From Propionibacteriaceae bacterium (GTDB taxonomy: Bacteria > Actinomycetota > Actinomycetes > Propionibacteriales > Propionibacteriaceae): a stretch of DNA of 32,000 nucleotides. Each line of letters opens with the position of its first letter. Position 1 is the stretch's first letter. Made by a program: the position numbers and the translations under genes. Under the pieces are notes generated by a model. That model worked only from the letters and a program-made list of their open reading frames with translations. It did not search any database and was not told the origin of the DNA. Of the stretch, positions 17,661 through 30,286 are shown one piece after another. The DNA lies in NCBI GenBank assembly GCA_031256725.1, contig JAIRQE010000004.1, positions 60,001 through 92,000 on the forward strand. The letters are read 5' to 3'.

Positions 17661-18751
17661 TGTGGGTTCCTTTCCATGGTCAGTACATCACTGAGAGCGT
17701 TGACGAAGATCGACATTTCTTCACCAGTACCCACACACACACGAAGATATGATTCGACACCAGTTTCTCGTACTAGAACCCCTCGGTCAACCAGGGCCTG
17801 CCAGGTGGCATGGGGGTCAGGGAATGGGCCAAAGAGAAAGAAGTTGGCTTGGGAATCAATGATGGTCACATCAAGTCCCCATAACTTCACCATTGTCTGT
17901 TCCCTAAGCTCCTTCAGATATTGCACCTGGGCAAGCATTTCCTCTGCGTGGTCAAGAGCAACCGAGGCCACAGCTTGGGTGATCGCTGAGAGATGGTACG
18001 GCAGCCTGACCACTCTCAAGGCATCAATGACTGCTGAGGAGGCAGCTACATAACCAACGCGCCCTCCAGCGAAGGCAAATGCCTTACTCATTGTTCGAGT
18101 GACAAGCAGATTTGGCCACTGTGGAAGAAGTGTCAAGGCACTATGGGCATCCGCGAACTCTTGGTAGGCCTCGTCAACAACTACGATTCCTGTGGTGGCT
18201 GCAAGGATCTCTTCAAGGACATCAAGGTCTGTGAGAGTACCCGTGGGATTATTGGGGCTGGCAATGGCAACCACATCGGGCTTGTACTGGGCTATCGCCT
18301 CTAGAGCAATCGCAGTGGTGATTTGATAGTCTTCACTGCGTGAGGTTGTGACGATCCCAGTATGAGTGTCACGGGCGTACTCGGGATACATGGAATATGA
18401 GGGCGTGAAACTCAGCATTGTTCGCCCTGGTCCCCCAAAGGCACCTAGAATCTGAATCCAGATCTCGTTGGAACCATTGGCAGCCCAGATCTGATCAGTG
18501 GTCAGATCATGGCCCAGATATTTCGCGAGCTTTGATCGAAGGGTACGAGCCTCCCGATCAGGATAGCGGTGGATGGAATGGGCGGCCTGGTTCACTGCGG
18601 CCGTCATATCCGCAATAACCGCCTGTGTAGGTGGGTACGGATTCTCATTCACATTCAGACATACCGGAAGATCCAATTGTGGAGCGCCATAGGGTCGTGC
18701 CTCACGTAATTCTGGACGCAGAGGCAGGGCTTCCCACGAAAAGTCAGCCAT
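17657..18751 (-). CDS. hisC: Histidinol-phosphate aminotransferase
   Basis: 364 aa with [10 protein letters not shown], the PLP-lysine context [16 protein letters not shown], and a his-operon position. Confidence 0.9.
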   Translation of the reverse strand: MADFSWEALPLRPELREARPYGAPQLDLPVCLNVNENPYPPTQAVIADMTAAVNQAAHSIHRYPDREARTLRSKLAKYLGHDLTTDQIWAANGSNEIWIQILGAFGGPGRTMLSFTPSYSMYPEYARDTHTGIVTTSRSEDYQITTAIALEAIAQYKPDVVAIASPNNPTGTLTDLDVLEEILAATTGIVVVDEAYQEFADAHSALTLLPQWPNLLVTRTMSKAFAFAGGRVGYVAASSAVIDALRVVRLPYHLSAITQAVASVALDHAEEMLAQVQYLKELREQTMVKLWGLDVTIIDSQANFFLFGPFPDPHATWQALVDRGVLVRETGVESYLRVCVGTGEEMSIFVNALSDVLTMERNPQ

Positions 18752-20039
18752 TGAGTCTCCTGACTGTCACTGCAGTGGCGTGACCTGGAAGATCCTCTGC
18801 CATCGCAAAGGCTTCAATCCCCTGAGCAATCTCACACAGTGCCGATTTGTCGTAGGTGATGACATGGACGGTTTTGAAAAAGGCACGAGCTGTGAGACCC
18901 GAAGAATGACGGGCCATACCAGAAGTTGGCAGTACGTGAGTGGAACCCGCTGAATAATCGCCAAGGGACACTGGGGAATAATCTCCAACAAAGATTGCAC
19001 CAGCATGAGTGATCATCCTCGCAACATTCGATGCATCCCGTGTGTGGATCTCAAGGTGTTCGGCCGCATAGGCATTGACTACATCAATACCCTGGGCCAG
19101 ATCACGTACAAGAATTACGGCAGACTGAGTACCGCCAAGGGCTGTCTTCACTCGCTCAGAATGCTTGGTTGTCTCAACCATCTCGGCTAACTCAGCCTCA
19201 ACTTTGTCGACAAGATCACGACTTGTGGTAACGAGTACCGATCCTGCTTGAGGATCATGTTCTGCCTGACTCAGGAGATCTACCGCAAGAAACGTGGGGT
19301 TAGCATTCTCATCAGCAAGGATACCAATCTCTGTGGGCCCTGCCTCAGAGTCAATCCCAACAATGCCCTTCACAAGGCGTTTAGCAGCAACAACATAGAT
19401 ATTTCCAGGACCGGTAATCATATCCACAGGCTTACAAAGACCCTCAACACCATAGGCAAACATGGCAACTGCCTGGGCACCACCGACTGCATAGATCTCC
19501 TCGACACCGAGAAGATGGCATACTGCCAGGATTGTGGGGTGCGGAAGTCCATTAGCTTGTGGAGGTGAGGCTACTGCCAACGATGAAATACCAGCAGCCT
19601 GGGCCGGTACAACGTTCATGATGACGCTAGAGGCCAAGGGCGCAAGCCCACCTGGGACGTACAAACCAACACGATCAACAGGGATCGATCTAATGGTGAC
19701 CTCAGCCCCAGCCCCCAGGTTAACCTTCGTCTCAAGTGGCAGAGATTCATAGCCACTAACGATCCTTCGACGTTGGATCGAGACCATCAGTGCTTCGCGT
19801 AGCTCAGGTTCAAGGTCTTCAGCGCATTGGGCAGCATAGCTAGGATCGACCCGTAGGTTTTCGGGTACAACGCGGTCAAACTTCTCGCTAAACCGGCGTA
19901 TAGCGACCTCACCCTCGCTGCGTACAGCCTCACAGATGGGGGTCACGGCCTCTAATGCCTTCGATACATCGAACTCCCCCCGAGGCAGTACACCAGAGTA
20001 ATCCTGGGTCTCCAGGTCTCGACAATCAATCAATCTCAC
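18744..20039 (-). CDS. hisD: Histidinol dehydrogenase
   Basis: 431 aa with a GTG start. Motifs include [18 protein letters not shown] and [13 protein letters not shown]. Confidence 0.93.
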   Translation of the reverse strand: MRLIDCRDLETQDYSGVLPRGEFDVSKALEAVTPICEAVRSEGEVAIRRFSEKFDRVVPENLRVDPSYAAQCAEDLEPELREALMVSIQRRRIVSGYESLPLETKVNLGAGAEVTIRSIPVDRVGLYVPGGLAPLASSVIMNVVPAQAAGISSLAVASPPQANGLPHPTILAVCHLLGVEEIYAVGGAQAVAMFAYGVEGLCKPVDMITGPGNIYVVAAKRLVKGIVGIDSEAGPTEIGILADENANPTFLAVDLLSQAEHDPQAGSVLVTTSRDLVDKVEAELAEMVETTKHSERVKTALGGTQSAVILVRDLAQGIDVVNAYAAEHLEIHTRDASNVARMITHAGAIFVGDYSPVSLGDYSAGSTHVLPTSGMARHSSGLTARAFFKTVHVITYDKSALCEIAQGIEAFAMAEDLPGHATAVTVRRLNG

Positions 20040-20048
20040 TTGGGTATT

Positions 20049-20615
20049 CTATCCGAGATGAATCTCTGGATTCTCGCTCACCTCAGGTGTCCCAGATACG
20101 TGGGTGAACCACTTTTCTCGTCTGAACAGGGAACCAACCAGTACAGGTACCACAGCCATTCCAATCCACACAACCAAGGGAACCCAGGTATGTGCTGTGA
20201 AATCCATCCGTACAAGTTCACCAGGATCGGCCTGGGCTATTCTCTCCTCGAATCGACGAGGCCCAATGAACTCCCCCACAAGGCTGGTAATGTACCACGC
20301 AATGATCGCGCCAAGGATTGCAATGATGGTGACCACCCATTCGAGATGGCGGAAAAGAATCCAGGCTGTGGCCCCCAAAACCAGACCAGCTACAGCCCCC
20401 ACGAAGGTGAAGTACACATCTGAGGCTGCCATCTGAGCTAGCTCTGATTCTGGGATAGAAGCCCTAAAGGTATCATCCAAAAGATAACTGGGTACGGTAA
20501 CAACGACGTTCCAGACGAAGCCTGAGACAACTGCGACAACCGCCACTGTAGCAATGTAAACAAAGAACCATGTTCGTAGTCGCCTCCAAGATCCGCGACG
20601 CGTTTGTCGACTCAT
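20049..20615 (-). CDS. Integral membrane protein, 4 predicted TM helices, family not assigned
   Basis: 188 aa with a basic N-terminus (MSRQTRRGSWRRLR) followed by four hydrophobic ~21-aa segments. The ATG overlaps the dnaE TGA (ATGA at 20612-20615), and the stop lies 9 nt before the hisD start. Confidence 0.7.
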   Translation of the reverse strand: MSRQTRRGSWRRLRTWFFVYIATVAVVAVVSGFVWNVVVTVPSYLLDDTFRASIPESELAQMAASDVYFTFVGAVAGLVLGATAWILFRHLEWVVTIIAILGAIIAWYITSLVGEFIGPRRFEERIAQADPGELVRMDFTAHTWVPLVVWIGMAVVPVLVGSLFRREKWFTHVSGTPEVSENPEIHLG

Positions 20616-23600
20616 GCAGCCCTCCCCAGTTCCACACTACTAGCGCCCAGGAGAGCCTTCAGATCGGAGATGAGTTCCATAGAGGCAGTCACCTTACCAG
20701 AGAGCCTAAAGATCTTGGTCTCCGAGGCATTCACCATCTTGAACCATACCTGCGCTGTCCCTGGATAAGCTTCCAGGGTCTCCTTGAGGGAATCCATAAC
20801 ACTGCGTGTCACCCGAGCCATGGGTAGACATACCGTGATCGAGGTCGAGGCATCAGCTTGGATATCCAAGGGCATGACCTTATCCACTGAGATATCAACC
20901 CCATCCGAGCGAGGGCGAAGACCTACCACCACCCTCACAACGGTATCAGGAACAAGCTGGACTGCGTACTCCGAGAATGGTTTAGGAAAAACGTTCATCG
21001 CTACTGAGGTATCCAAGTCCTCCAAAGTGATCTGTGCGTAGGGTGCCCCCTTTTTTGTTTGGCGGCGTACAACAGAAGTGATCATTCCCGCGAGGCGTAC
21101 CCGTGACATCGGCTCAGCAATATCCAAGTCACCGATCTGACTCAAAGACATGTCTCTGTTTGCCGCAAGAACACCTTCGGCTCCGTTGAGCGGATGATCC
21201 GAGACGTACAACCCAAGCATCTCTCGCTCGAAGGCTAGTTTGGTTGAACGATCCCAATCGGGGATCTCAGGAATCGGCTCGGTGAATGCCATACCACCAT
21301 CACTGGAGTCCATTTCCCCAAAGAGATCATCTTGCCCATAGGATTGGTTTCTCTTGATCTCCAAGACCGAATCTATGGCAGTCTCATAGATTTCGAGTAA
21401 TGCACGGCGAGGATGCCCTAAGGAGTCAAAGGCTCCAGCCTTGATGAGGGATTCAAAAACCCTCTTATTGCAAGCAGTTATAGGAACATTGGAGAGGAAT
21501 TCGTAGAAGTCTTTCGCTGGGCCATGTTCCTCCCGTGCCGCCAGGATAGCCTCAACCACATTGGTGCCAACATTGCGTACTGCTGTGAGGCCGAAACGTA
21601 CATCCGAACCAATAGGTGTAAACATTGCTTGGGATTCATTAATGTCAGGGGGAAGAATCTTGACTCCCATGCGTCGAGATTCACCGAGATAGATCGCTGA
21701 CTTGTCTTTATCATTCCTGACCGATTCCAAGACGGCAGCCATGTACTCTGCTGGGTAATTAGCCTTGAAATAGGCGGTCCAATAGGAGACTAATCCATAG
21801 CCTGCCGTGTGTGACTTATTGAAGGCATATCCTGCGAAGGGAGCCATGACATCCCACAGGGCCTTCGTCGCCTGGGCCGAGAATCCATTTTTGGACATCC
21901 CCTCAGCAAAGGAGTCATACTCAGCATCAATGACTTCCTGTTTCTTCTTTCCCATGGCGCGCCTGAGATTATCGGCTTGAGCCATTGTGTACCCAGCCAA
22001 CTCACGAGCAATGGCCATCAGTTGCTCTTGGTAGACCAGTTGGTGATAGGTCACACCAAGGATGGGTTCCAGAGCATCCTTGAGTTCTGGATGGATAGGA
22101 GTTGAGGGTTCTCGACCATTCTTGCGGTTGGCATAGTGAATATGCGCATTAGCCGCCATGGGGCCTGGTCTGTACAGAGCAAGAACGGCTGCGATGTCCT
22201 CAAAGTGGGTTGGTGCCATGGATTTGAGGAGGGCTCTCATCGGCCCGCCATCAAGCTGGAAGACTGTCAGCGTTTCACCACTAGCGAGAAGTTCATAGGT
22301 TTTTGGGTCATCAAGCGTGAGACCAAGGGGGTCAATCTCAATACCTTGGTTCTCTTTGATGAGTGCAATGGCGTGGTCAATGATACCAAGGTTGCGAAGC
22401 CCCAGTACGTCCATCTTCATCAACCCCATAGCCTCGCACTGGGGATAGGAGAATCCTGTAATACGAACACCATCATCCCTCTTGTGAAGGGGAATGACAT
22501 CCATCAATGGTTCCGAACTAAGGATGACTGCGGCCGCGTGTACCCCTGTCCCTCGAATGAGCCCCTCGATACCTATACCGGTGTCGACGACTGTGTGTAC
22601 CTCTTCATCAGATTCGTACAGGGCCCTAAACTCCCCTGCTTCAGAGTACCTCTCGTTGCTAGGATCAAAAAGATCAGCGAGGTGAATCTTGCCAGTAGGA
22701 TCATGGGGCATCGCCTTGACGATCTTCTCACCCATGGCGTACGGCTTCCCAAGAATTCTGGAGGAATCTTTGATGGCATTCTTGGCCTTGATTGTGGAGA
22801 AGGTATTGACTTGGGCCGTGTAATCAGCACCATAGGTATCAGCAAAATAGGCGAGGATTCGATCACGATTACGGTCATCGACATCCAAATCAACATCGGG
22901 TGGTGAGATACGTTCGGGGTTAAGGAACCTCTCAAAGATAAGTCCATGCTCAATGGGATCAAGCTCTGTGATCCTGGTGAGATAGGCAATCATGGACCCT
23001 GTTGCGGACCCACGCCCTGGCCCCACACGAATCCCCGAATCGCGAGCGAAGCGGCAAATGTCTGCCACGACAAGGAAGTACGCAGAGAACCCGAGTGGTT
23101 CAATGACGGCGAGCTCAGTCTCGACCCGGTCTCGTACCTCTTGGGAAACATTGTCGCCGTAACGGTGTACTAGCCCTTCCTCAACCATCTTGCGAAGCCA
23201 CGTCTCCTGGGTCTGCCCCTCGGGTACAGCAAACTGTGGCATTCGATCTATATGGGTGAAGACCTCATCATAGGATTCGATTCTTTCCGCGATCGATAAG
23301 GTGGCATCACAGGACTCAGGCAGTTCATAGAAGAGGTTGCGCATCTCCTCAGACGAGCGCAAATAGTACCCCGATCCGTTGAAGCGAAATCTCTTCTCGT
23401 CGTCCTTGTTACGACCCACACCTATACACAGAAGATTGTCGTGAGCATCTGCTTGATCCGCGGTGACATAGTGTGAATCATTAGTGGCAAGCAGAGGCAG
23501 GCCCAGATCCTTCGCTATCCGCAGCAGATCCTGACGAACAATGGACTCAATCTCAATCCCATGATCCATGAGTTCGACGAAGTAGTTTTCTGCCCCGAAA

Positions 23601-24154
23601 ATGTCTCGACAGGTCGCTGCAGCAGCTAATGCTTCATTGTATTGACCTAGTCGCAGCCTTGTTTGTACTGCGCCTGAGGGACATCCTGTTGTTGCGATGA
23701 TTCCCTGGCTGTATTGTTCAATGATCCCAAGATCCATTCTTGGTTTCATATAATAACCCTCGAAGCTGGCTAAAGAGCTTAACCGAAAAAGGTTCCGTAA
23801 TCCTGTGGCATTCTTGGCCACCATGGTCATGTGGGTGTAGCGACCTCCACCTGACACGTCACGTCCACCCTCGGAGTCAATATCTTGGGCCTCCCTCTTT
23901 CCTGTTGCCCAAAACTCTTGAACCCTGGAGTGTCGTGAACTGGGGGCAACATAGGCCTCAATGCCAATAATCGGCTTGACTGAGGTTTTCTGAGATGTCG
24001 TATAGAACTCGTAGGCACCAAACATGTTCCCGTGATCAGTCATGGCGACTGCTGGCATCTGCAAACGCTCAGCCTCAGCGAAGAGTGCTCCCATCTTTGC
24101 TGCACCATCCAACATGGAGTATTCCGTGTGAACATGAAGGTGAACAAAAGACAC
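20612..24154 (-). CDS. dnaE: DNA polymerase III alpha subunit (DnaE1-type)
   Basis: The start is set at the GTG at 24154 (VSFVHLHVHTEYSMLDGA, the PHP-domain N-terminus), preceded by AAGGAG plus a 6-nt spacer. This gives 1180 aa. The ORF track's 57 extra codons overlap gltD and have no homology. Confidence 0.95.
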   Translation of the reverse strand: MSFVHLHVHTEYSMLDGAAKMGALFAEAERLQMPAVAMTDHGNMFGAYEFYTTSQKTSVKPIIGIEAYVAPSSRHSRVQEFWATGKREAQDIDSEGGRDVSGGGRYTHMTMVAKNATGLRNLFRLSSLASFEGYYMKPRMDLGIIEQYSQGIIATTGCPSGAVQTRLRLGQYNEALAAAATCRDIFGAENYFVELMDHGIEIESIVRQDLLRIAKDLGLPLLATNDSHYVTADQADAHDNLLCIGVGRNKDDEKRFRFNGSGYYLRSSEEMRNLFYELPESCDATLSIAERIESYDEVFTHIDRMPQFAVPEGQTQETWLRKMVEEGLVHRYGDNVSQEVRDRVETELAVIEPLGFSAYFLVVADICRFARDSGIRVGPGRGSATGSMIAYLTRITELDPIEHGLIFERFLNPERISPPDVDLDVDDRNRDRILAYFADTYGADYTAQVNTFSTIKAKNAIKDSSRILGKPYAMGEKIVKAMPHDPTGKIHLADLFDPSNERYSEAGEFRALYESDEEVHTVVDTGIGIEGLIRGTGVHAAAVILSSEPLMDVIPLHKRDDGVRITGFSYPQCEAMGLMKMDVLGLRNLGIIDHAIALIKENQGIEIDPLGLTLDDPKTYELLASGETLTVFQLDGGPMRALLKSMAPTHFEDIAAVLALYRPGPMAANAHIHYANRKNGREPSTPIHPELKDALEPILGVTYHQLVYQEQLMAIARELAGYTMAQADNLRRAMGKKKQEVIDAEYDSFAEGMSKNGFSAQATKALWDVMAPFAGYAFNKSHTAGYGLVSYWTAYFKANYPAEYMAAVLESVRNDKDKSAIYLGESRRMGVKILPPDINESQAMFTPIGSDVRFGLTAVRNVGTNVVEAILAAREEHGPAKDFYEFLSNVPITACNKRVFESLIKAGAFDSLGHPRRALLEIYETAIDSVLEIKRNQSYGQDDLFGEMDSSDGGMAFTEPIPEIPDWDRSTKLAFEREMLGLYVSDHPLNGAEGVLAANRDMSLSQIGDLDIAEPMSRVRLAGMITSVVRRQTKKGAPYAQITLEDLDTSVAMNVFPKPFSEYAVQLVPDTVVRVVVGLRPRSDGVDISVDKVMPLDIQADASTSITVCLPMARVTRSVMDSLKETLEAYPGTAQVWFKMVNASETKIFRLSGKVTASMELISDLKALLGASSVELGRAA

Positions 24155-24293
24155 GTCAAACTCCTTAGATGTACGGGACGTACGTGGCCTCGAAAGCCAC
24201 CGCGAACAAGAATATCCCTGATCTGAATCGAAAACCTCAGGGGTCTCGTGCGTGTCGCAGTACGCCTGCGCAATTCTCAAGAATCTCAGAAGA

Positions 24294-25754
24294 TCATAGG
24301 GTAAGTGGACGAGCCGTGGGGGCAATCGGGCGCGGCAAATGAGATGTTTTGCCCGTCAGATAGGAGTCCACACCATGAGCCACTGAACGCCCCTCTGCTA
24401 TAGCCCAAACAATCAACGACTGACCACGCCCAGCGTCACCACAGACAAAGACTCCATCCTGGTTCGTGGCGAACAACTCGTTACGTGCGATATTTCCGCG
24501 AGCATCGGTTTCCAGATTCAATTCGTCAATGACTTGGGTTTCTGGCCCCATGAACCCCATCGCCAACAGAACTAGGTCTGCCGAAATCTGGCGGGTTGTT
24601 CCTTCGATAGGTTGGAACCGGCCATCCTTCATCTCCACTTCAGTCAATTCCAGGGACTTGACCGATTGGTCTCCCAGGAACTTCGTAGTTGAGACACTGA
24701 AGACTCGTTCGCCACCCTCCTCATGGGCAGAGGCCACACGATAAATCATCGGATAGGTGGGCCATGGTTGGTTGGCTGGTCGTGATGTGGGTGGAATCGG
24801 CATGATTTCTAGCTGGGTAACCGACTTTGCACCCTGGCGAAGGGCGGTACCCAAGCAGTCAGCTCCGGTATCTCCACCACCAATGATGACCACATCCTTA
24901 CCAGTCGCCACTATCTGGTTCTTGACCTCTTCACCCAATGCACTACGGTTAGCCTGTGGGAGGTACTCCATGGCCTGATGGATACCATTCAGGTTTCGAC
25001 CAGGAAGATCCAGATCTCGTGGTACCCGTGAACCGATAGCGATGATCACTGCATCGAAACGATCCCTGAGATCAGCCCAGGAAATATCGCGACCAATACG
25101 TGTATTACAGATGAAGATGGTACCCTCCAAAGTCATCTGCTTAATGCGGGCATCAATGACTGATTTCTCCATCTTGAATTCGGGGATACCGAACCGCAAA
25201 AGCCCACCAATCTGATCATCCTGTTCGAAGACAGCCACAGTATGACCAACTCGGGTGAGTTGCTGTGCTGCGGCCAATCCAGATGGCCCTGATCCCACAA
25301 CGGCAATGGTTTTTAGACTATGCCACTCGGGTTGTACAGGAAGTACACGCAGATCAGCCCACGCCTTGTCGATAATCGACACCTCGATATTGCGAATCGT
25401 GACAGGCTCCCGATTCATGCCAACCACACAGGCTGTCTCGCAGGGTGCTGGGCAAAGACGACCTGTAAATTCGGGGAAGTTGTTCGTGGAATGTAGACGA
25501 TCTAGAGCTGTACGCCAATCCCCTCTCCATACGAGATCATTCCACTCAGGCATGATGTTTCCAAGTGGACAACCCGAATGACAGAAGGGTACGCCACAAT
25601 CCATGCATCGACTGGCCTGGGTCTCAATGATGGGTTCAAGCGACTTGGCTAGGCCACCATCGTAAACCTCCTGCCAATCCTTCAGTCTTTCTGTAACGTC
25701 TCGGCGCTCAGCACCTTCACGTGAATGGTTCAGGAACCCTCGTGGATCAGCCAT
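24294..25754 (-). CDS. gltD: Glutamate synthase small subunit (NADPH)
   Basis: 486 aa with Fe-S cysteines [10 protein letters not shown]...CPLGN, dinucleotide folds [12 protein letters not shown] and [12 protein letters not shown], and an 8-nt overlap with gltB. Confidence 0.95.
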   Translation of the reverse strand: MADPRGFLNHSREGAERRDVTERLKDWQEVYDGGLAKSLEPIIETQASRCMDCGVPFCHSGCPLGNIMPEWNDLVWRGDWRTALDRLHSTNNFPEFTGRLCPAPCETACVVGMNREPVTIRNIEVSIIDKAWADLRVLPVQPEWHSLKTIAVVGSGPSGLAAAQQLTRVGHTVAVFEQDDQIGGLLRFGIPEFKMEKSVIDARIKQMTLEGTIFICNTRIGRDISWADLRDRFDAVIIAIGSRVPRDLDLPGRNLNGIHQAMEYLPQANRSALGEEVKNQIVATGKDVVIIGGGDTGADCLGTALRQGAKSVTQLEIMPIPPTSRPANQPWPTYPMIYRVASAHEEGGERVFSVSTTKFLGDQSVKSLELTEVEMKDGRFQPIEGTTRQISADLVLLAMGFMGPETQVIDELNLETDARGNIARNELFATNQDGVFVCGDAGRGQSLIVWAIAEGRSVAHGVDSYLTGKTSHLPRPIAPTARPLTL

Positions 25755-28700
25755 GCTGGACCTCCATAATCGCCTTGGTCATCTCTTGTTCACTCATACC
25801 CTGGGTCGCCTTCATCGCAGCAAGAACCTTGGCATATTCGCGAGGCATCAGCAAGGTAAACCTCTTCTTTAATTGTGCATCGGTGAGCGCCAATAGTTGT
25901 CGTGCAACCTCAGAACCGGTATAGGACTGGTGCTCTTCGAGGAGTACACGAATCCTTGACAGATCCTCGCCCCTGAGATCAAGCCCATCCACCAACTCGC
26001 GGTTCAAACGGGATTCATCCAAGTCGAGAACCCAGGCAACACCTCCAGACATTCCCGCCGCAAGGTTGCGCCCTGTAGGACCCAGGATAAGTACCTCACC
26101 ACCTGTCATGTATTCACAGGCGTGATCCCCCGTACCTTCAACAACTGCTGTTGCTCCAGAGTTTCGTACGCAGAATCTCTCCCCTACCTGACCACGCAAG
26201 AAGATACTCCCCGAGGTCGCGCCATAGCCGATGACATTGCCTGCAATGATTTGTTCCTCTGCGACAAATGGAGCCTCATCCGGTGGTCGAACACTGATGA
26301 TTCCACCACTGAGTCCCTTCCCGAGATAGTCGTTCACGTCACCAACCAGATTCATAGTGATACCGCGTGGAATAAAGGCTCCGAAGCTTTGACCAGCTGT
26401 ACCAGTGAACCTCAATTCGATGGTACCCTCGGGAAGACCCTGTCCGTTGGTCGCCATGGTGACATGGTGGCCCAGCAAGGTACCCACTGAGCGATCCACA
26501 TTTCGTACCTGTGCCTCATGAACGATCGCGGTACCCTGCGAAAGCGAAGGACCAGCCGCTTCAATCAACTCAATGTCCAGACCCTCATCAAGGCCATGAT
26601 CCTGGTCACGTACCTTGTGAAGTGGCGAGTCTGAGCCCACGCGATGCAAGACATTGGTCAGATCGATCCCCTGCTTCTTCCACGAGTTAATCGCAGCGCG
26701 AGTATCCAGGTCCTCGACATGCCCAATAGCTTCCTGGAGGGTACGGTACCCCAACTCTGCAAGAATTTCTCGTACCTCTTGGGCCAGGAACTCAAAATAG
26801 GAGATGATGTGTTCAGGCTTGCCAGCAAAGGATTTCCTTAGTTCAGGATTCTGGGTCGCCACACCTGCTGGACATGTGTCCTGGTGACATGCCCGCATCA
26901 TGACACACCCGGTTACCATCAATGGGGCCGTGGCGAAGCCAAACTCTTCAGCTCCCAACAAAGCAGCAATGACAATATCTCGACCACTGTTGAGATGCCC
27001 ATCTACTTGGACTGTGATCCGATCACGCAGTCCATTGATGACCAGTGTCTGCTGAGCCTCGGCAAGACCCAATTCCCAAGGGCCACCAGCATGTCTGACT
27101 GAGGTCAATGGCGCTGCGCCTGTACCACCGTCTCCACCTGAGATGAGAACAACATCAGCCAAGGCTTTTGCGACACCTGCTGCAACTGTACCGACGCCGA
27201 CTTGGGCAACAAGCTTGACGTGTACCCGTGCAGAAGGATTCGCACACTTCAAATCATGGATGAGTTGCTTGATGTCTTCAATGGAGTAAATGTCGTGGTG
27301 TGGTGGAGGTGAGATCAACCCCACCCCTGGAGTGGAGTGACGTGTCTTCGCCACCCAAGGGTAGACCTTAGATCCAGGAAGCTGGCCACCTTCTCCAGGT
27401 TTGGCACCCTGGGCCATCTTGATCTGAATATCTTGAGCATGGGAGAGATAATCACTGGTCACCCCGAAACGCCCAGAAGCGACCTGCTTGATGGCGGAAC
27501 AACGCGCAGGGTCATGGAGGCGATCAGGGTTTTCTCCACCTTCACCAGTATTGGACTTTCCACCCAACCTGTTCATAGCAATGGCAAGAGTGGTGTGGGC
27601 CTCCTCAGAGATTGATCCATAACTCATTGCACCAGTCGCAAACCTTGTCACGATCTCACTAATCGGCTCCACTTCCTCAATCGGAATGGGGACACGATTA
27701 GGAGAAAATTCGAGGAGGCTTCTCAGGTTCATCGTCCTCTTCGTGGCGTCATTAATCCTGGCTGTGAATCTCTTGAAGGTTTCATAGTTTGCAGTACGAG
27801 TGGACTGCTGGAGGAGGAAGATGGACTCGGGATCAAAAATATGATCCTCTCCTTCCCGTCTCCAGTGGTACTGCCCACCTGTGGATAGCTGACGAGCAGT
27901 TTGAGGGATACCTGCTGGAGGGTAGGCATCGTCATGGCGCATCTTCACTTCTGCAGCAATCTCGTCAAGTCCGATGCCTTCGATACGGGAGGCTGTACCT
28001 TCAAAGTACTCTGAGACAAACTCACTCTTAAGGCCGACTGCCTCAAAGACGCCAGCGCCAGTGTAGGAAGCAATAGTTGAGATACCCATCTTGGACATGA
28101 CCTTGAGTACGCCTTTACCCAAGGCTTTGCGCACATTCGTGATTGCTTGGGTTGGTGGTACGTGAACATGGACTTCGTGACGGGCAAGGTCTTCAGCAGA
28201 CTCGAAAACCAGGTAGGGGTTCACTGCTGCAGCCCCATAGGAAATCAGGCAGGCAATGTGGTGTACCTCTCTGACATCGCCAGCCTCAACAATAAGGCCC
28301 ACTTGGGTACGGGTCTTAGCGCGAACAAGGTGGTGATGGATGGCTGAGGTGAGAAGCAGCGATGGGATTGGTGCCATCTCCGCAGTGGAGTGACGATCAG
28401 ACAGAACAAGGATTTGTGACCCCGATGCAATAGCTTCATCAGCTTGACGGAAAAGATCATCCAGGGTTGCCTTCAATCCTTGGGCACCCTGGCTCACGGG
28501 ATAGAGGCCGTTAAGTACTGTTGTTCGGTACCCTTCAACTCCCCCAGCATCAATCTTGACGATCTTCGCCAATTGATCTGAATCAAGAATTGGGAAAGGA
28601 ATCTGTATCTGCCAAGCTGACTTGGGGGTTGGGTCCAGAAGATTACGTTCGGGGCCTATACACAAGGTCAAGCTCGTTACCATCTCTTCACGGATCGCAT

Positions 28701-30255
28701 CCAGGGGTGGATTGGTGACCTGGGCAAACATCTGCTTGAAATAGTCGAAAAGGAGTCTGGGGCGATTCGAGAGAGCCGCCAAAGGAATGTCATCACCCAT
28801 TGATCCAATGGGTTCAGCCCCAGTGTTGGCCATGGGTGCAACAATCATGGTGAGTTCTTCGTTCGTATAGCCGAAGAGTTGCTGACGCCTGATGACCGAG
28901 GCATGAGAGTGAACAATATGCTGACGTTCGGGAAGTTCATCCAACAGAATGGAGTTCTCTTTGAGCCAAGTCCCATAGGGATGCTCATTGGCCAGATTGG
29001 ATTTGACCTCTTCATCATCAAGGATGCGATGCTCATCAAGATCGACAAGGAATACACGACCTGGACTCAAGCGACCCTTGGTCAAAATCTGATCGGCTGG
29101 AATATCCAAGACACCCGTTTCAGAGGCATAGATCACCAGGCCATCCTTGGTCACCCAGTACCGTGCAGGTCGCAGACCATTACGGTCAAGGGTCGCACCA
29201 ATTTGGGTACCATCGGTGAAGGTCACAGCAGCAGGACCATCCCATGCTTCCATGAGTAAGGAATGAAACTCATAGAAGGCCCTTCTCTTGGGATCCATGT
29301 CTGCATTACCCTGCCAGGCTTCGGGAATCATCATGAGAATGGAATGGGCGAGGCTTCGACCACCCAGGTACAGCAACTCCAGAACCTCATCGAAGCTCAT
29401 GGAATCCGAACCATTGGGGGTACAGATCGGGAAGATCCTCTCCAGATCCCCTGGGAGAAGCTCCGATTTCAGCAGAGCCTCTCGTGCCCTCATCCAATTC
29501 CTATTGCCACGTACAGTATTGATTTCACCATTGTGTGCAATCAACCTAAAGGGGTGGGCCAGATTCCAAGCTGGGAAGGTATTTGTCGAGAATCGTGAGT
29601 GTACAAGAGCAAGAGCCGATTCGTACTCAGGATCAAGAAGGTCAGGGAAGAAACCCTCCAACTGTGTGGTGGTGAGCATCCCCTTGTAAACAATGGTTCG
29701 TGACGAGAATGAAGCAAAGTAGACATCTGTTTCAAGTTCAGCGCGACGCCTCAACGGATAGACCATTCGGTCAAGATCAATTCCCTCGCAATCGTCATAG
29801 GGGGCCACAATGATCTGCTCGAAACAAGGCATTTCAGCCAACGTGATGGGACTGAGACCATCTGGGCGGATGGGTACCTCACGCCACCCCAAAACCTTGA
29901 GTCCCTCTTGGGTGGCAATATGTGCGATTGCCGCCTTAGCCGTGTCATGGATACGAGGGTCAACTGGTAGAAATGCGAATCCAACGGCATAATGCCCAAG
30001 TTCAGGAAGCTCCTCTACGAACTGGGTACGTAGGAAACGATCTGGAATCTGGGTCAGAATCCCAGCACCATCACCAGCAGCAGGATCAGCACCTGTGGCG
30101 CCACGATGGTCAATGTTCATGAGAATCTTCAGGCCCTGGCCAACAATCTCATGGGTCTTGGTACCATCTAAGCGAGCGACAAAGCCCACTCCACAGGAAT
30201 CATGCTCGAAAGCTGGTGAGTAGAGCCCCTGCGTGGGATGCCCTGTGCGAATCAT
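25747..30255 (-). CDS. gltB: Glutamate synthase large subunit
   Basis: 1502 aa with the Ntn-amidotransferase Cys in [12 protein letters not shown], followed by FMN/3Fe-4S and GXGXG beta-helix regions. Confidence 0.96.
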   Translation of the reverse strand: MIRTGHPTQGLYSPAFEHDSCGVGFVARLDGTKTHEIVGQGLKILMNIDHRGATGADPAAGDGAGILTQIPDRFLRTQFVEELPELGHYAVGFAFLPVDPRIHDTAKAAIAHIATQEGLKVLGWREVPIRPDGLSPITLAEMPCFEQIIVAPYDDCEGIDLDRMVYPLRRRAELETDVYFASFSSRTIVYKGMLTTTQLEGFFPDLLDPEYESALALVHSRFSTNTFPAWNLAHPFRLIAHNGEINTVRGNRNWMRAREALLKSELLPGDLERIFPICTPNGSDSMSFDEVLELLYLGGRSLAHSILMMIPEAWQGNADMDPKRRAFYEFHSLLMEAWDGPAAVTFTDGTQIGATLDRNGLRPARYWVTKDGLVIYASETGVLDIPADQILTKGRLSPGRVFLVDLDEHRILDDEEVKSNLANEHPYGTWLKENSILLDELPERQHIVHSHASVIRRQQLFGYTNEELTMIVAPMANTGAEPIGSMGDDIPLAALSNRPRLLFDYFKQMFAQVTNPPLDAIREEMVTSLTLCIGPERNLLDPTPKSAWQIQIPFPILDSDQLAKIVKIDAGGVEGYRTTVLNGLYPVSQGAQGLKATLDDLFRQADEAIASGSQILVLSDRHSTAEMAPIPSLLLTSAIHHHLVRAKTRTQVGLIVEAGDVREVHHIACLISYGAAAVNPYLVFESAEDLARHEVHVHVPPTQAITNVRKALGKGVLKVMSKMGISTIASYTGAGVFEAVGLKSEFVSEYFEGTASRIEGIGLDEIAAEVKMRHDDAYPPAGIPQTARQLSTGGQYHWRREGEDHIFDPESIFLLQQSTRTANYETFKRFTARINDATKRTMNLRSLLEFSPNRVPIPIEEVEPISEIVTRFATGAMSYGSISEEAHTTLAIAMNRLGGKSNTGEGGENPDRLHDPARCSAIKQVASGRFGVTSDYLSHAQDIQIKMAQGAKPGEGGQLPGSKVYPWVAKTRHSTPGVGLISPPPHHDIYSIEDIKQLIHDLKCANPSARVHVKLVAQVGVGTVAAGVAKALADVVLISGGDGGTGAAPLTSVRHAGGPWELGLAEAQQTLVINGLRDRITVQVDGHLNSGRDIVIAALLGAEEFGFATAPLMVTGCVMMRACHQDTCPAGVATQNPELRKSFAGKPEHIISYFEFLAQEVREILAELGYRTLQEAIGHVEDLDTRAAINSWKKQGIDLTNVLHRVGSDSPLHKVRDQDHGLDEGLDIELIEAAGPSLSQGTAIVHEAQVRNVDRSVGTLLGHHVTMATNGQGLPEGTIELRFTGTAGQSFGAFIPRGITMNLVGDVNDYLGKGLSGGIISVRPPDEAPFVAEEQIIAGNVIGYGATSGSIFLRGQVGERFCVRNSGATAVVEGTGDHACEYMTGGEVLILGPTGRNLAAGMSGGVAWVLDLDESRLNRELVDGLDLRGEDLSRIRVLLEEHQSYTGSEVARQLLALTDAQLKKRFTLLMPREYAKVLAAMKATQGMSEQEMTKAIMEVQHG

Positions 30256-30286
30256 GGTCCACCTCTCGTTGGGAGGCAGACTCAGT

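Noticed and set aside
21050-21056. In-frame A AAA AAG slippery heptamer inside dnaE (the same heptamer as the E. coli dnaX frameshift site)
   Set aside because: I see no downstream stem-loop or upstream SD-like stimulator. About one such heptamer is expected by chance in ~10,000 codons, and no dnaE frameshift is known.
22136-22906. Long antisense ORFs inside dnaE (256 aa), and likewise 1977-2636 in dapF, 6591-7202 in glnA and 15070-15750 in yebC
   Set aside because: These are shadow frames opposite strongly supported genes. I recognised no motifs, and such frames are expected at this GC content.
24190-24207. TCGAA...CGAAC upstream of dnaE as a LexA/SOS box
   Set aside because: The actinobacterial box is TCGAAC-n4-GTTCGA. 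Here the halves are not inverted repeats and the spacing is wrong.
24229-24239. 11-mer ATCGAAAACCT identical to the left end of R-A, in the gltD-dnaE spacer
   Set aside because: Similarity does not extend on either side, and several chance 11-mer matches to the R elements are expected in 64 kb of two-strand sequence. It does sit in the loop of a 6-bp hairpin (CCCTGA/TCAGGG) that may be a weak gltD terminator.
24155-24325. 57-codon N-terminal extension of dnaE overlapping gltD
   Set aside because: The PHP domain starts at VSFVHLHVH. The GTG at 24154 has an AAGGAG SD, and the extension is non-homologous and overlaps the gltD 3' end.
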